A DNA stretch of 64,000 nucleotides from Octopus vulgaris (GCA_951406725.2 OX597815.1:4960001-5024000); one strand, 5' to 3'. Positions 1 through 13,584 are shown, counted from the stretch's first letter. Made by a program: numbers and translations. The notes: generated by a model not told the origin, from the letters alone.

Positions 1-563
1 TATCTCTATATATATCTATATATCTATATGTGTGTGTGCATACATGGTTGTAAATGGTTCTTACTCTCATACATTTTTTCCAATATTCTATAAGAGCTTG
101 TCTGGCCTTAATGAAATATTAGTTGCTTGGCAACAGGAAGGACATCTGGCTGTAGAATATCTGCCTCAGTGAATTCCATCTTGCCCATGCAAACATGGAA
201 CAGTGGATGTTAAATGATGATGACAACAGGCTTCTTTTAGTTTCCATTGATCAAATCCAAGACTTTGCTCGACCAGGGGCTATAGTAAAAAAACACATTT
301 GCCCAAAGTATCGTGCAGTGGGACTGAACCCAAAACCACATCATTTGAAAACAAACTTCTTCATCACGTAACTAGGCTGCATCTATAACTTTTGTCAGAA
401 AACATTTGTGTGGCTGTGTGGTAAGCAGCTTGCTTCCCAAACACATGTTTCTGGGTTCAATCCCACTGTCTAGCACCTTGGGCAAATGCCTCCTATGAGA
501 GATTCGGGCCGACCAAAGCCTTGTGAGTGGCATTTTGTGGATGGAAACTGAAAGAAGCCCATC

Positions 564-608
<45 letters not shown>

Positions 609-817
609 AGCACAGGACGTCATGTACAACAAAAAAATATGAAGTACAAATACATGGAATATGAACTATTTTTTATGAACAACGAAAGACACAAATGGGA
701 AACAAGACAAACAATCATCATCATCATCATTGTTGTTTAACGTCTGCTTTCCATGCTGGCATGGGTTGGACATTTTGACTGAGAACTGGCAAGCTGGGAG
801 GCTGCACCAAGTTCCAA

Positions 818-1312
818 TGTATGTGTGTGTGTGTATGTATGTGTGTGTATGTATGTGTGTGTGTATGTATGCGTGTGTATGTGTTTATGTATGTATGTAT
901 GTGTGTGTGTATGTGTGTGTGTATGTATGCGTGTGTACGTATGTATGCGTGTGTACGTATGTATGCGTGTGTACGTATGTATGCGTGTGTACGTATGTAT
1001 GCGTGTGTATGTATGTATGCGTGTGTATGTATGTATGCGTGTGTGTGTATGTATGTGTGTGTGTATGTATGTGTGTGTGTATGTGTGTGTGTGTATGTAT
1101 GTATGCGTGTGTATGTATGTATGCGTGTGTATGTATGTATGCGTGTGTATGTATGTATGCGTGTGTATGTGTATGCGTGTATGTGTATGTGTATGTATGT
1201 ATGTATGTGTATGTATGTATGTGTATGTATGTATGTGTATATATATATATGTATGTGTATATATATATATGTATGTGTATGTATATATGTATGTATACAC
1301 ACATACACACAC
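818..1312. repeat. Compound (GT)n/(GTAT)n microsatellite with 18-bp subunits
   Basis: Iterated gtatgtatgcgtgtgtac-type units and GT/TA dinucleotides. Confidence 0.95.
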
Positions 1313-1837
1313 GAAGTATGTGCTGTCAGTAATTACTCAGGGTCGGCAGTTGGTGACTTTCGTGTTGTAAACTATCATCAAAAGATTTGTCAGTGGATAA
1401 AAGGGTAAAAATATATAAAGATAGTCACTGTCCATTTAGCTTCCATTGATTAAATCCACTCACATGACTTTGGTTGACCAGGGGCTATAGTAAAAGACAC
1501 ATTTGGCCAAAGTACCATGGAAATGAGCTAAAAATGATGGAAAAAACCACAAAACAAAAATAAACGAAACACAAACATGAAACTGAGTTGAAGGCAGATT
1601 TATTTCTGCCTTTATAGTATGTAAAGAAAACAGTGTTGCAGGAGTGTACGCAGCATGTGTGCTACAGCAGTTCTATGCGTAGCTTAAATACTGAGATTGA
1701 AAAGCAGGGGTGAATTATGCCTACCTAATCTACAAAAAAATAAAGTATTTTGCATTTTATACATAATAATCAGAGTAACCTTCATAGTTTTATTGAATTA
1801 GGTGCATATTTTGCTATAAAAGGAAAATGTTGCTATT

Positions 1838-2070
1838 GTCATCGTTTGATGTCTGCTTTCCATGCTGGCATGGGTTGGACGGTTTGATTGAGGGCTGGCA
1901 AGCCAGAAGGCTGCACCAGGCTCTAATCTGATCTGGCAAAGTTTCTACTGTTAGATGCTCTTCTTAACGCCAACCACTCTGAGAATGTAGTGGGTGATTT
2001 TTATGTGCCACCGGCACGAGGGCCAGTCAGGCAGTAACTGGCACTGACCACACTTGAATGGTGCTGGCAC
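1838..2070 (-). mobile_element. RTE-tail-type SINE/LINE 3' fragment (family D)
   Basis: catcgtttgatgtctgctttccatgctggcatgggttggac...tagatgctcttcttaacgccaaccactc. Recurs at ~125-222, 720-817, 7285-7608, 7860-8072, 9640-9812 and 16480-16637, with (ATG)n tails. Confidence 0.7.
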
Positions 2071-2119
2071 TGCCTGCCATGCCCACCTAGGCAGCACATC
2101 CTGGATATACTCTCCTTTT

Positions 2120-2344
2120 TTTACTCTCTTTTACTTGTTTCAGTCATTTGACTGTGGCCATGCTGGAGCACTGCCTTTAATCGAGCAAATTGACCCTAGG
2201 ACTTATTCTTTATAAGCCTAGTACTTATTCTATTGGCCTCTTTTGCTGAACCAGTAAGTTACGGGGATGTGAACACACCAGCATTGGTTGTCAAGCGATG
2301 TTGGGGGGGACAAACTCAGGCACACAAACATACACACACATACA

Positions 2345-2409
<65 letters not shown>

Positions 2410-2575
2410 GATAGACTTCTTTAAGTTTCTCTCTACCAAATCCACTCACAAGGCTTTGGTCGGCTCGAGGCTATAGTAGAAGACACTTGCCCAAGGTGCT
2501 ATGCAGTGGGATTGAACCCCGGAACCATGTGGTTGGTAAACAAGCTACTTACCACACAGCCACTCCTACGCCTAC
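2120..2575 (-). mobile_element. tRNA-derived SINE, family A (full length, internal microsatellite)
   Basis: Reverse complement of head ggcgtaggagtggctgtgtggtaag...B-box gggttcaatccc, internal (CA)n, tail gcatggccacagtcaaatgactgaaacaagtaaaagag. Confidence 0.9.
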
Positions 2576-3549
2576 GATATACACAGGTAGAAGAGATATC
2601 AGGCTTAAAAAACCAAAAATAATGGGTTCCAATTCATTCATTTAACATTTTTCAAGGTGGTGTTCCCTCGCGACCACAGTCTGATGAGTGAAACAAATAA
2701 AAAAGAAATGTGCCTTTGCCTTTGCCTGGGACTGAACATGAAACCATGTGGTTGCGAGGCGAACTACTTAACCAACACAGCCACGTTTACTGCTGCAAGC
2801 TTGGTAAAGTGCATTGCTGTCTCTGACATAAGAAAGCTGTTGTGATGACAGTCCACCCCAATGATATTTAATACAGTAGAATAGATCAATCCGATGTACA
2901 AATAATGTATGTTGAACATCTTAAATACCAGCCTTTAATTGAGCAGTCAAGATTGACCTTCTAACGAGAAGCCGTCACCATGTCTTCATCATTTTATGTT
3001 TACAGTTGACGCGTTGTCACACGTTAATCATTTGCTGCTGCTGCCTCTCATTGCTAACCTTTTAATGGCAAACAAAGAATACTTTGGGCATACTCTCGCA
3101 CAACAGTGCTCCCCCCCTGCCAATTTTGTTTCCTCATGACTCTCCGAAAAGTGAATATTATTTTTTAATGAAATTTTCTATGAATATGCTTCAGAGAGTG
3201 TAGATTATGATTATGTTGGAATTTGTTGTGAAAATATTTTTCCGGGGGTTGGGGAGAGAAGGGTTACAGGAAATTCATATGAGTTGGCTTTGTTTCCTCA
3301 TAACTTTCCAAACAATAGATATAGCGGACGTTAAACGACGATGATAATAACGATGATATATGTATATATGACAGGCTTCTTTCAGTTTCCGTCTACCGAA
3401 TCCACTTGAGCCTATAGCAGAAAGGATTATTATTGTTATTATTCCAGGGAATTATTTTGACAAACTTCGGACATTGAAGTTCCATCCATTTCTTTATTTT
3501 GAAATTCTTTAATTTCACAGTTAAATCAATCTTTAGTCAACAATATCAT

Positions 3550-3965
3550 CGGGCGCAGGCGTGGCTGTGTGGTAAGTAGCTTGCTAACCAACCACATGGT
3601 TCCGGATTCAGTCCCACTGCGTGGCATCTTGGGCAAGTGTCTTCTGCTATAGCCTCGGGCCGACCAAAGCCTTGTGAGTGGATTTGGTAGACGGAAACTG
3701 AAAGAAACCCGTCGTATATATGTATATATATATATGCGTATGTATGTGTTTGTGTGTGTCTGTGTTTGTCCCCCTAGCATTGCTTGACAACTGATGCTGG
3801 TGTGTTTATGTCCCCATTACTTAGCGGTTCGGCAAAAAGAGACCGATAGAATAAGTAATGGGCTTACAAAAAAGAATAAGTGCCGGGGTCGAGTTGCTCG
3901 ACTAAAAGGCGATGCTCCAGCATGGCCGCAGTCAAATGACTGAAACGAGTAAAAGAGTAAAAGAG
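3550..3965 (+). mobile_element. tRNA-derived SINE, family A (full length)
   Basis: ggcgcaggcgtggctgtgtggtaagtagc (A box), ggattcagtccc (B box), body and tail ...tccagcatggccgcagtcaaatgactgaaacgagtaaaagag. Further partial copies at ~406-565, 4728-4890, 19160-19320, 22330-22495, 25850-26060, 31610-31795, 40225-40420, 41759-41905 and 44237-44348. Confidence 0.9.
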
Positions 3966-5059
3966 AGAGAGAGAGAGAGAGATATGACAGGCTTCTTTCA
4001 GTTTCCGTCTACTGAGTCCACTTGAGCCTATAGCAGAAAGGATTATTATTGTTATTATTCCAGGGAATTATTTTGACAAACGTCAGACATTGAAGTTCCA
4101 TCCATTTCTTTCTTTTGAAATTCTTTAATTTCACAGTTAAATCAATCTTTAGTCCACAATACCATCAAGTAAATGATGATCAATAATAATGATAATGTCT
4201 GCAGAAACATCTGGTCTCATAAAATTCTACATAATCTCCTCATTGCTGCACAAATTGTTTCTCTGGATTCATTTTGTCAATCGCTTTGTGCCGTGTTTCG
4301 TACAAAATTAGAGACTTTGCTTCAAAACCAAATCCCGCATGAAATATATAAAAACATGGTCAGACGGCAGAGAGCTGAATATTTAGTAATGCAATCTTTT
4401 AAGTCTGAGTGGAAATAATATTCAGAATAATGATAAGTGATGAGAAATTCGAGAAATAAGGAGAATAACTGCCGTCTCATGGATGAGTGGGTCTGCCGTA
4501 TTTACTAAGTGGTGTGTGAGTAAATAGGGGCCAAAACCTCCCTTGGGTTTAATTTGATGGAGTGTGAAGTGAGGTGTGTCGCACTTCATATTTTGCTAAT
4601 TAATATACAAGCAGGGGAAGGAAAGTCTCTGCTTGGAAATTACTTCCACTTCTAATTTATCAATATATTTTTTTTGTCTTTGGTTTGGTTGTAGCCATGA
4701 TTGGTCAGTTTCTCTGTATGTTATATAGGCAGAGATGTGACTGGTAAGAAGCTTGCTTATCAATCAACCACATGGTTCCGGGTTCAGTCCCACTGCGTGG
4801 CACCTTGGGCAAGTGCCTTCTACTATTAGCCTCGGGCCGACCAAAGCCTTGGGTTTGGATTTGGTTTAATGGAAACTGAAAGAAGCTCATTTGTGTGTAT
4901 ATATGATATACATATGTATGTTTGTGTCTTTGTATAGATGTATTTGGGTGTGTTTGTGTGTGTATATATGTGTGTGTGTATGTGCATGTCTGTGTGTGTG
5001 TGTGGATGTGTCCTTGTGTGAGTATATGTGTGTTTGTGTATGTATGTATATATATATGT

Positions 5060-5442
5060 GTGGAGGTGCAATGGCCCAGTGATTAGGGCAGCAGACTCGA
5101 GGTTGTGAGATCATGGTTTCGATTCCCAGCCTGGGCATTGGTGAGTGTTTATAGAACGAAAACACCTAAAGCTCCACGAGGCTCTGACAGGGGTTGGTGG
5201 TGAACCCTAATGTATTCTTCCACCACAACTTTCTCTCACTCTTTCTGCCTGTTTCTGCTGTACCTGTATTTCAAAGGGGCCAGCCTTGTCACACTCTGTG
5301 CCACGCTGAATCTCCTTGAGAACTACATTAAGGGTACACATGTCTGTGGAGTGCTCAGCCACTTGCACGTTAATTTCATGAACAGGTTGTTCCGTTGATC
5401 GGATCAACTGGAACCCTCATTGTCATAACCAACGGAGTGCCA
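5060..5442 (+). mobile_element. tRNA-derived SINE, family C head with body type 1
   Basis: gtggaggtgcaatggcccagtgattagggcagcagactcg...ggtttcgattccc head; body ends ccaacggagtgcc. Confidence 0.8.
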
Positions 5443-6224
5443 CGATATTTGTGTTTGTATATCTGTGTGTATCTGTTTGTGTGTGTGTTTATTTGTTCCC
5501 CACAAGTTTTTATGCCCCCTTGACTTAGCTGTTCAGCAACCAATATTTTATGACCCCTTGACTTAGCTGTTCAGCAAAGGAACTGACAGAATAAGTACCA
5601 GTCTTGAAAAAAAAAAAAAAAAAAAAGTACCAGGGTTGATTCGTTTAACTAAAATTCTTCAAGGCAGAGCCCCAGCATGGCCACATTCTAATACACCCTG
5701 ACACCTCATTGTCATTGTTTGCTTTTCAACTACTCCTACCACCCTTATATGATGTGGGGTAGTCATTCACCTCCCCTATAGCATGACACTTGTGCCTGCC
5801 TCTCTCTCTCTCAATGCCTGGCATAAAAACCATCTCCATCTCTCTCCTACAACTCCAATCAGTTGAGGAGTCTTTTCGTTTGACTTGCCAGTCACTTGGT
5901 CACCTCACTTGTGTTGGTGCCATGAAAAAGAAGCTTCTAGTTTGTACAGTGAAGTGCTTGGTGTTAGGAAGAACATTAAACCGTGGAAGAAACATGGTGC
6001 AGACTCACATTGGAGCTTGATGAGGGTCTTTTAGCTCTTGGATCCTTTCAGCCCATCCTTCCTACACCAACATGGAAGACAAATGATGATGATGATGGTT
6101 AAATTTGTTTCCCAGCCATGTGGTTTTGAGTTCAGCCCCACTGCATGGCACTTTCGTAAGTGTTTCTTTGCTATAGTCCCAGGACTACCAAAGCATCGTG
6201 AGTGGATTTGGTCCATGTTGTTTG

Positions 6225-6528
6225 TTGTTTGTTTGTTCCTTCTCGAGCCATGCCAAGCTCATAAGGGCCGGTTTCCCAGTTTCCTTGGCGTATAGGTTCC
6301 TCACCTGGACGGGACACCGGTCCATCACAGGTGAGCTGCAAGATGCAGGAGGAAAGAGTGAGAGAAAGTTGTGGCGAAAGAGTCAGCAGAAGTTCGCCAT
6401 TACCTTCTGCCGGAGCCGCATGGAGCTTAGGTGTTTTGCTCATAAACACACATATCGCCCGGTCTGAGATTCAAACCCACAGTCCCTCAACCACGAGTCT
6501 GCTGCTCTAACCACTAGGCCATGTGCCT
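6225..6528 (-). mobile_element. tRNA-derived SINE, family C head with V-domain-like body
   Basis: Reverse complement of the family C head; body contains gatggaccggtgtcccgtccagg. A near-identical copy lies at 51145-51450. Confidence 0.8.
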
Positions 6529-8134
6529 GTCCATGGAAACTGAAAGAAGTCGATTATCATCATCGTTTAAACAGACACAGGAGTGAAACCTCTTTGTTAG
6601 TCAAGCAAACTGAGGTGGATACAGTTATAGGTTTTAACCCAATGGTACCTCAGTGATTTGAACCGATGACCATGTGATCAGTAGTCCAATTTTGTGTGTG
6701 TGCATCTATATGTGTTTGTCTACTATTGAAGATAAAATGATTTAAAAGTTTTCCAGAATTCCAAACAAATAAGTTAAACTGTTTAATGACATAATTGTAT
6801 TCTTCGTTTGTTTTGCGTCTTGATAGAATTTCACTTTGCCTGAAGGTCAACCCAGTGTTGCGTTGAGATAACGTGGGTGAGAAAAAAGTTCAAGCCTGAG
6901 ATTTTGTTGTGTAATTACAGCGTCTCGTTTTAGTTTGAAAAAAAAAAAAGAAAAAAAAGAAAGAAAAAACAACGAAATGAAATGCAATTAAATTTGCAAT
7001 TATTGAAACAAATCCGTAAAACTTGGAGACAATTTTATGATAACGAGCAGAGAAATATCTTCTCGTTGTATTGTTTATTAATCTGAGTCACTTTAATAAA
7101 GCGGCAAGCTGGCAGAATCATTAGCACGCTGGACAAAATGCTTCGGGGCAATTTCTTGTCTTAACATTCTGGGTTCAAATTCTACCAACGTTCACTTCAC
7201 CTTTCATCTACACATTTACAATTACATATCTGTCGGTCTGTCTGTGTGTCTGTCTCTGTGTAGGTGTTTATATAGCGGCTATCTGGCCTCCATGCCAGTG
7301 GCACATAAGACACCATTTGAGCGTGATCGTTACCAGCATCGCCTTATTGGCACCTGTGCCAGTGGCATGTGTAAAAAGATTTGAGCGAGGTTGTTGCCAG
7401 TACCGCCTAACTGGCCCTCGTGCAGGTAGCACGTAAAAGCATCCACTACACTCTTGGAGTGGTTGGCATTAGGAAGGGCATCCAGCTGTAGAAACTCTGC
7501 CAGATCAGACTGGAGCCAGGTGCAGCCATCTGGTTTGCCAGCCCTCAGTCAATCGTCCAACCCATGCTAGCATGGAAAGCAGACATTAAACAATGATGAT
7601 GATGATGACTTGTGTTTAAACTTTTTACTTATTTCTGGCAGTAGATTGTGGCCATGCTGGGGCAGTCCCTTAAAGAATTTTAGTTGAATGAATCACCCTC
7701 CCCCCATACTTTTTCTTTTTTTTTTTTAAGCCTTTTACTTATTCTATCGGTCTCTTTTACCAAACTGCTAAGTTAGGGGATGTAAACACGCCAACACTTG
7801 TCAAATGATATTAGGACACACACACACACACACACACATACACACACGTGGACATGCACGTAAAAAGCCACCTGTGCCAGTGTCACTAAAAAGCATCTGT
7901 GCTGGTGCCCTGTGAAAAGCACCCAGGACTCTCTGTAAAGTGGTTGGCATTAGAAAGGGCGTCCACCCAGGGAGACCAAGCCAAAATATATGACTGGAAC
8001 CTGGTGCAGCTTGCCAGCTCTTGTCAAACTGACCAAGCCATTCCAGCATGGAAAACAGGCATTAAATGATGATCTCACACACACACACACACACATGCAT
8101 ACATTATTGATGGGCTTCTTTCAGTTTCTCTTTA

Positions 8135-8348
8135 CACTTTACTTGCTTTTACTCTTTTCAGTCATTTTGACTGTTGCCATGCTGGAGCACCATCTTTAGT
8201 CGAACAAATCGACTCCAGGACTTGTTCTTTGTAAGCCTGGTACTTATACTATCGGCCTCTTTTGCTGAACTGCTAAGTTATGGGGACATAAACACACCAG
8301 CATCAGTTGTCAAGCGATATTGGGGGGACAAACACAGACACCCAAACG

Positions 8349-8412
<64 letters not shown>

Positions 8413-8585
8413 TGTGTATATATACATATATACGACAGGCTTCTTTCAGTTTCCGTCTACCAAATCCACTCACAAGGCTTTAGTTGGCTCAAGGCTGTAG
8501 TAGAAGACACTTGCCCAAGGTGCCACGCAGTGGGACTGAACCTGGAACCATGTGGTTCTTAAGCAAGCTACTTACCACACAGCCC
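8135..8585 (-). mobile_element. tRNA-derived SINE, family A
   Basis: Same body and tail as 2120-2575, internal (CA)n/(TA)n. Confidence 0.85.
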
Positions 8586-9203
8586 CACTCACAAGGCTTT
8601 GTCTTTGGGCTGTAGTAGAAGACCATGGTGTCACACAATGGGACTGAACCCAGAACCACGTGATTGGGTAGATCAACAGATCGATCGTTAGATAGGTAAA
8701 TTTATAGATGTGGTTAATAATCTAGAAAACCCAGATTTTGAATTACCATTTTGGTTTCAGACATTTTGTGGTTTCTTTTTACATTTTTAAAGAATTCATT
8801 TGCATTCTTTGGCTCCATTTATCTTGTGGAATAATGATGACTAGATGACACTCATAACACTCACACAGGGTGGTGGTGGTGGAGGTGGTGATGCAGTCTT
8901 TCATCTTCATCGTTAAGATTCTTAATTGCTAATGAGCTTCATCGTTTCACGCTTCATTTTATGCCAGTCTTAGAGCCAGCCATTGTTCCAAGAACTGTAA
9001 GGAATTTTGCTTTTGAAATTCTTGTCATTTCCTGGCAGTCCATTAATCACTGGTGCTAGAATTGGAAGGTTACTGGTCAGGAATATTAAAAGATTCTGTG
9101 AATGTGTGTTTGGGTGTGTCTATAAAATTTCTCTAAAATTACTGGATTTTGGTTGGTTATGAATCTGTTTACATCAACTAGCAATGGATTTTTGATGACT
9201 TTG

Positions 9204-9250
<47 letters not shown>

Positions 9251-9421
9251 TGAAGGTAATTTTATTTTTTTTACATAAATAAGTGTATGTGTGTGTGTGT
9301 GTGTGTATATAATCATCATTATTTAACATCTGTTTTCCATGCTGGCATGGATTGGATGGTTTAACAGTCTTGGTCCTCTGTCATCCTCTGTGTAAGGCCC
9401 AATATCTGAAGATCCAGGTGT

Positions 9422-9458
<37 letters not shown>

Positions 9459-9812
9459 ATGTACCTGTCATGACCCATTGGATCACAACCACTCCAAGTT
9501 GAAAATGTCGATGTGCAGCAGGAAAGTATCTCTCAACCAGCAAAAAGTCACACCTCCCTCAATACTATTCCATCATCTCCCAATTGAGGATTTTTTTGTC
9601 TTGCAAGGTACTTGGTGACCCTGTTGATGTTGGTGCCATCTAAAAAGCACCCAGTACACTCTGTAAAATGGTTGGCATTAGGAAGGGCACCCAGCTGTAG
9701 AAACCATTCTAAAACAGACAATGGAACCTGGTACTGTGGCTCCTGACCATGCCAGCTCTTGTCAGACTGTCCAACCCATGCCAGCATGGAAAACGGATTT
9801 ACATGCTGGTGA

Positions 9813-9847
<35 letters not shown>

Positions 9848-10014
9848 ACGGATACACAGACATATATGCATGTGACTCTGGTTCTTTTGCTCTTTCTTTT
9901 CCACCTTGTCTTTCTGATTCTTTCTCTCACTGTTCTTCTTTCTCTCTCTCCTTTTCTCTGATTCTCTCTCTTTGTCTGTTTCTCTGACTTTCTTTTCTCC
10001 CCTTCTCCCCCCAG

Positions 10015-10147
10015 ATCAACGATTTGTCGAGATCACTGTTGTCTTCCAAGGATTCCATGGATTCTACGAAGCCAAACAGAAAGATCCCCGAGAATATTAT
10101 GAATTTGTCCGGGCAAACACCGAACTTCTTTATGTCTGCAATTATCG
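10015..10147 (+). CDS. MAIP1: Internal coding exon of a MAIP1 (m-AAA protease-interacting protein 1, C2orf47)-like gene
   Basis: Long polypyrimidine tract ending ccccag at 10014; donor g|gtaagt at 10148. Phase-1 translation (D)QRFVEITVVFQGFHGFYEAKQKDPREYYEFVRANTELLYVCNYR resembles, from memory, human MAIP1 GRKFVNILMCF...QLLSASYE. Confidence 0.8.
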
Positions 10148-10627
10148 GTAAGTTAGTGTTGTCTTCTCTGACCCCTGATCCCTGTCGACCTAATCCTTGT
10201 CCCACTGAATGTTTTGACCCCCACACAAGACAAGCCCCTGCACATTTTATGTATACCAAACCCCACTCAACAGATATTAGACAATCCAAAGCTAAAGCGG
10301 AAAACACTTGTCTAAGGAGTCCTACTTTGGGATTGAACCTGCAGTCACACGGTTGCAAAATGAATGCCTTAATAACAGAGCAATCCTCATCCTTTAATGT
10401 CTGCTTTCTATTGACATTTTGTCCATTTTTAGATTCTGAGTTTAAATGCTACCAGAGTCGACTTTGCCTTTCATCCTTTCAGAGTTGATAAAATAAGTAC
10501 CAGTTGCGTATTGGGGTTAATGTAATTGACTTATCCCCTCCTTTGAAATTGCTATAGTCTTGTGCCACAATTTGAAACCAAAAGCCTGCTCTCTATGCAG
10601 CTGTGCATTGGGTGGTTTGGCTACCTG

Positions 10628-10858
10628 ACGGCGAGTTGGCAGAATCGTTAGCACATCGGGCGAAATGCATAGCCGTATTTCGTCTGCCGCTCTGTTCTGA
10701 GTTCAAATTCCGCTGAGGTCGACTTTGCCTTTCATCCTTTCGGGGTCGATTAAATAAGTACCAGTTGCGCACTGGGGTTGATGTAATCGACTTAATCCGT
10801 TTGTCTGTCCTTGTTTGTCCACTCTGTTTAGCCCCTTGTGGGTAGTAAAGAAATAGGT
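10628..10858 (+). mobile_element. tRNA-derived SINE, family B (Deu/Nin-like core)
   Basis: ggcgagttggcagaatcgttagc head, B box gagttcaaattc, core gactttgcctttcatcctttcggggtcgattaaataagtaccag, tail tagccccttgtgggtagtaaagaaata. Confidence 0.85.
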
Positions 10859-11469
10859 ACGAAGACTGAATCCTTCCCCAGCCTTTCCTTTGGCATGGTT
10901 TCTAAGGCTGGATGCTCTTCCTAATGCTAGCAACTCTGCAGTTTCTTCTAGGTGCTTTCCGCTTGGCACCAGCACCAGTGAGGTCACCATGCAGCAGTGT
11001 GCAAGACTATGAACCCCAAGGCAGGTGGGCAGCTTTATGCCAGGAGATGTGGAGGGAGCTAAAATATGACAGATTGGTTCAGAGCAGAACTGGTTTCTTG
11101 CCTTAGAGAAGTTATGTAGCTAGTCAGAATTTCAAAGAGGAGTGTAGGAGGTGATTGGAATAGAGTGGGGGGAAGAGAGAAAAATTGCTGGGATGAGGGG
11201 TGGGTAGAGGTCGCAACTGATGAGTGAGGTGCGTGGGTGGGTAGAGGTTGCAAGAGTGTAGGGGAGAGTGGGGAATGAGTAAGGGAGGCGGACAAATGAA
11301 GAACAAGTGTGAAGTGGATGATATGTAGGGAAGAGTAGGTGACGACTGTAGAGATTGGGTAGGGTTTGGTGTGGCCCCTGGCTTTGCCAGTTCCTGTCAA
11401 GCCATAACAATAGCATGGGAACTGGATGTTAAACGAGGAGGATATGTGTGTGTGTGTGTGTGTGTGTGT

Positions 11470-11694
11470 CTTTTATCTTTTACTTGATTCGGTCATTAGA
11501 CTGTGGCCATACTGGAACACCACCTTGAATGTTTTCTTTTATTATTGAATGCATCAACACCACTACTTATTTTATTGGTCTCTTTTACTGAACTGTTAAG
11601 TTATAGTGAGGTAACACACACCAGTACCAATTGTCAAATGGTGGTGGGGGACAAACACGCAAAAGTGCATGTGCACACACACACACACGCACAT

Positions 11695-11737
<43 letters not shown>

Positions 11738-11898
11738 GTGCATGCATGACAAGCTTCTTACAGTTTCCATCCAATTCCACTCACAAGGCTTTGGTTAGCC
11801 GAAGGTTATAGCAGAAGACACTTGCCCCAGGTACCAGACATTGGGACTGAACCTGGATCCATGTGGTTAGGTAGCAAATGTCTTACCACAGAGCCGTG
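11470..11898 (-). mobile_element. tRNA-derived SINE, family A (diverged)
   Basis: Diverged reverse-complement copy with internal (CA)n. Confidence 0.75.
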
Positions 11899-12184
11899 TG
11901 TGAAGTGGATGACAAATGGGGGAGATAGGGAAGAGTAGGTGACAACTGTAAAGATTGGGTAGGGTATGTGGGTGGTTGTAGTGAATGTGATAAGGGGTGG
12001 GGGTGACCAGTGATGATGGTGGAGGGAGGGAATGAAGAGTAGCAGAATAGTAATGCTGAGTGAGTAGACAGTAGAGAGACTTTAGTTTTTTTTTTCAACT
12101 CTGTGTGTTTGTACACTTGCGCATATATTTCTTAATTATAAGAAAAGATGAAATGAATTCAGTTTGTGTTTTGCCATTTTCTAG

Positions 12185-12278
12185 ATTCATCCGAGATTTT
12201 ACCAAAGGAGTTTCCAGTAGTGATTGGATAATTAATAAGCTGAATCATTTCATACCAAACGAACTCACCTTGAAATAA
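12185..12278 (+). CDS. MAIP1: Terminal coding exon of the MAIP1-like gene
   Basis: Acceptor ttttgccattttctag at 12184, phase-compatible with the previous exon. Gives (R)FIRDFTKGVSSSDWIINKLNHFIPNELTLK* (TAA 12276-12278), resembling the MAIP1 C-terminus FQREFTQGVKPDWTIARIEH. Confidence 0.8.
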
Positions 12279-12744
12279 TTACAGGTAATTATGACAATTA
12301 ATAATTGTTTACAAACGTACACGCCAGACAAGTTTTGGCTGCACTACAAGAAAGACGATGAGGTATCTTTTTTTTTTGTTTTGTTATTGTGGTTGTTGTT
12401 GTTGATGGTGATGTTTAACCCCGGGCAAACCTGAACTGAGCAGACCAGAGATCAAAGAGGTTGTTATTTAAAGGAGTTGTTTTTGTTATATTGAGTTTTT
12501 TAAAATTTTATTTTCTTGTTTTACATTTATTTCTTTGTTAGATTCAATTATAAAGAAATTTTAGATTCTCCTCAGTTTTTGAAACATCTGTTTTGTGTGT
12601 ATGCGCATGCGTGAAGGTGCATGAATGTGTGTGTGTGTGTGTCTGCATGTGTGCACATGTGCATGTAGATGTGTAGGGCTTGTGTGTGTATACATGCAAT
12701 TGTATATGGTTTTGTGTGTGTGTGTACATAAATGGGATTGTGTG

Positions 12745-13283
12745 TGCATGAATGCAGTTGTGTGCACTTGCAGTGCACGAATGCAGTTGTGCGCACTTGC
12801 ATGTGCATGAATGCAGTTGTGTGCACTTGCATGTGCATGAATGCAGTTGTGTGCACGAATGCAGTTGTGTGCACTTGCACGTGCACGAATGCAGTTGCGT
12901 GCACTTGCATGTGCATGAATGCAGTTGTGTGCACTTGCATGTGCATGAATGCAGTTGTGTGCACGAATGCAGTTGTGTGCACTTGCACGTGCACGAATGC
13001 AGTTGCGTGCACTTGCATGTGCATGAATGCAGTTGTGTGCACTTGCATGTGCATGAATGCAGTTGTGTGCATGAATGCAGTTGTGTGCACTTGCACGTGC
13101 ACGAATGCAGTTGCGTGCACTTGCATGTGCATGAATGCAGTTGTGTGCACTTGCATGTGCATGAATGCAGTTGTGTGCACGAATGCAGTTGTGTGCACTT
13201 GCACGTGCACGAATGCAGTTGCGTGCACTTGCATGTGCATGAATGCAGTTGTGTGCACTTGCATGTGCATGAATGCAGTTGTG
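12745..13283. repeat. Minisatellite of 30-bp and 18-bp units in a 108-bp higher-order repeat
   Basis: Units gcatgaatgcagttgtgtgcacttgcatgt (30) x3 plus gcacgaatgcagttgtgt (18), repeated. Confidence 0.95.
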
Positions 13284-13584
13284 TATACATAGATGCAGTT
13301 ATGTGTGCATATGTTATGTATGCATGTTGTGTATGAATTTGTGCATGTTGTGTGCACATTTGTGCATATGTGTAGTTGCGTGTGCACATATATGCTCTTG
13401 TTTGTGTGCATTTATGCGGTTGTGTATAGGCTTGTGTGTGCGTGTGCTCATGCAAGTAATTGTGTGTGCAAGTGTATTTGCATGTATGCTCATTTCTCTC
13501 TCCATGCACGCATCGCCATGAATGTGCATGTGTGTATGGAGCATTTGCATATATCTCTGTGTGCATACCTTTGTGTGCATGTGC

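Noticed and set aside
1618-1709. Possible exon after ttatttctgcctttatag
   Set aside because: Weak donor and no clear homology; cannot be supported without RNA-seq.
4173-4418. 81-aa non-repetitive ORF as a possible upstream exon
   Set aside because: No convincing MAIP1 similarity, and the frame ends in a stop with no convincing donor.
10024-10488. 154-aa ORF over the first MAIP1 exon
   Set aside because: An alternative frame that runs through the donor into intron and SINE sequence; the other frame gives the recognisable protein.
12544-13566. 340-aa metallothionein-like CTCKC ORF
   Set aside because: A by-product of the minisatellite; open in multiple frames with no splice or promoter context.
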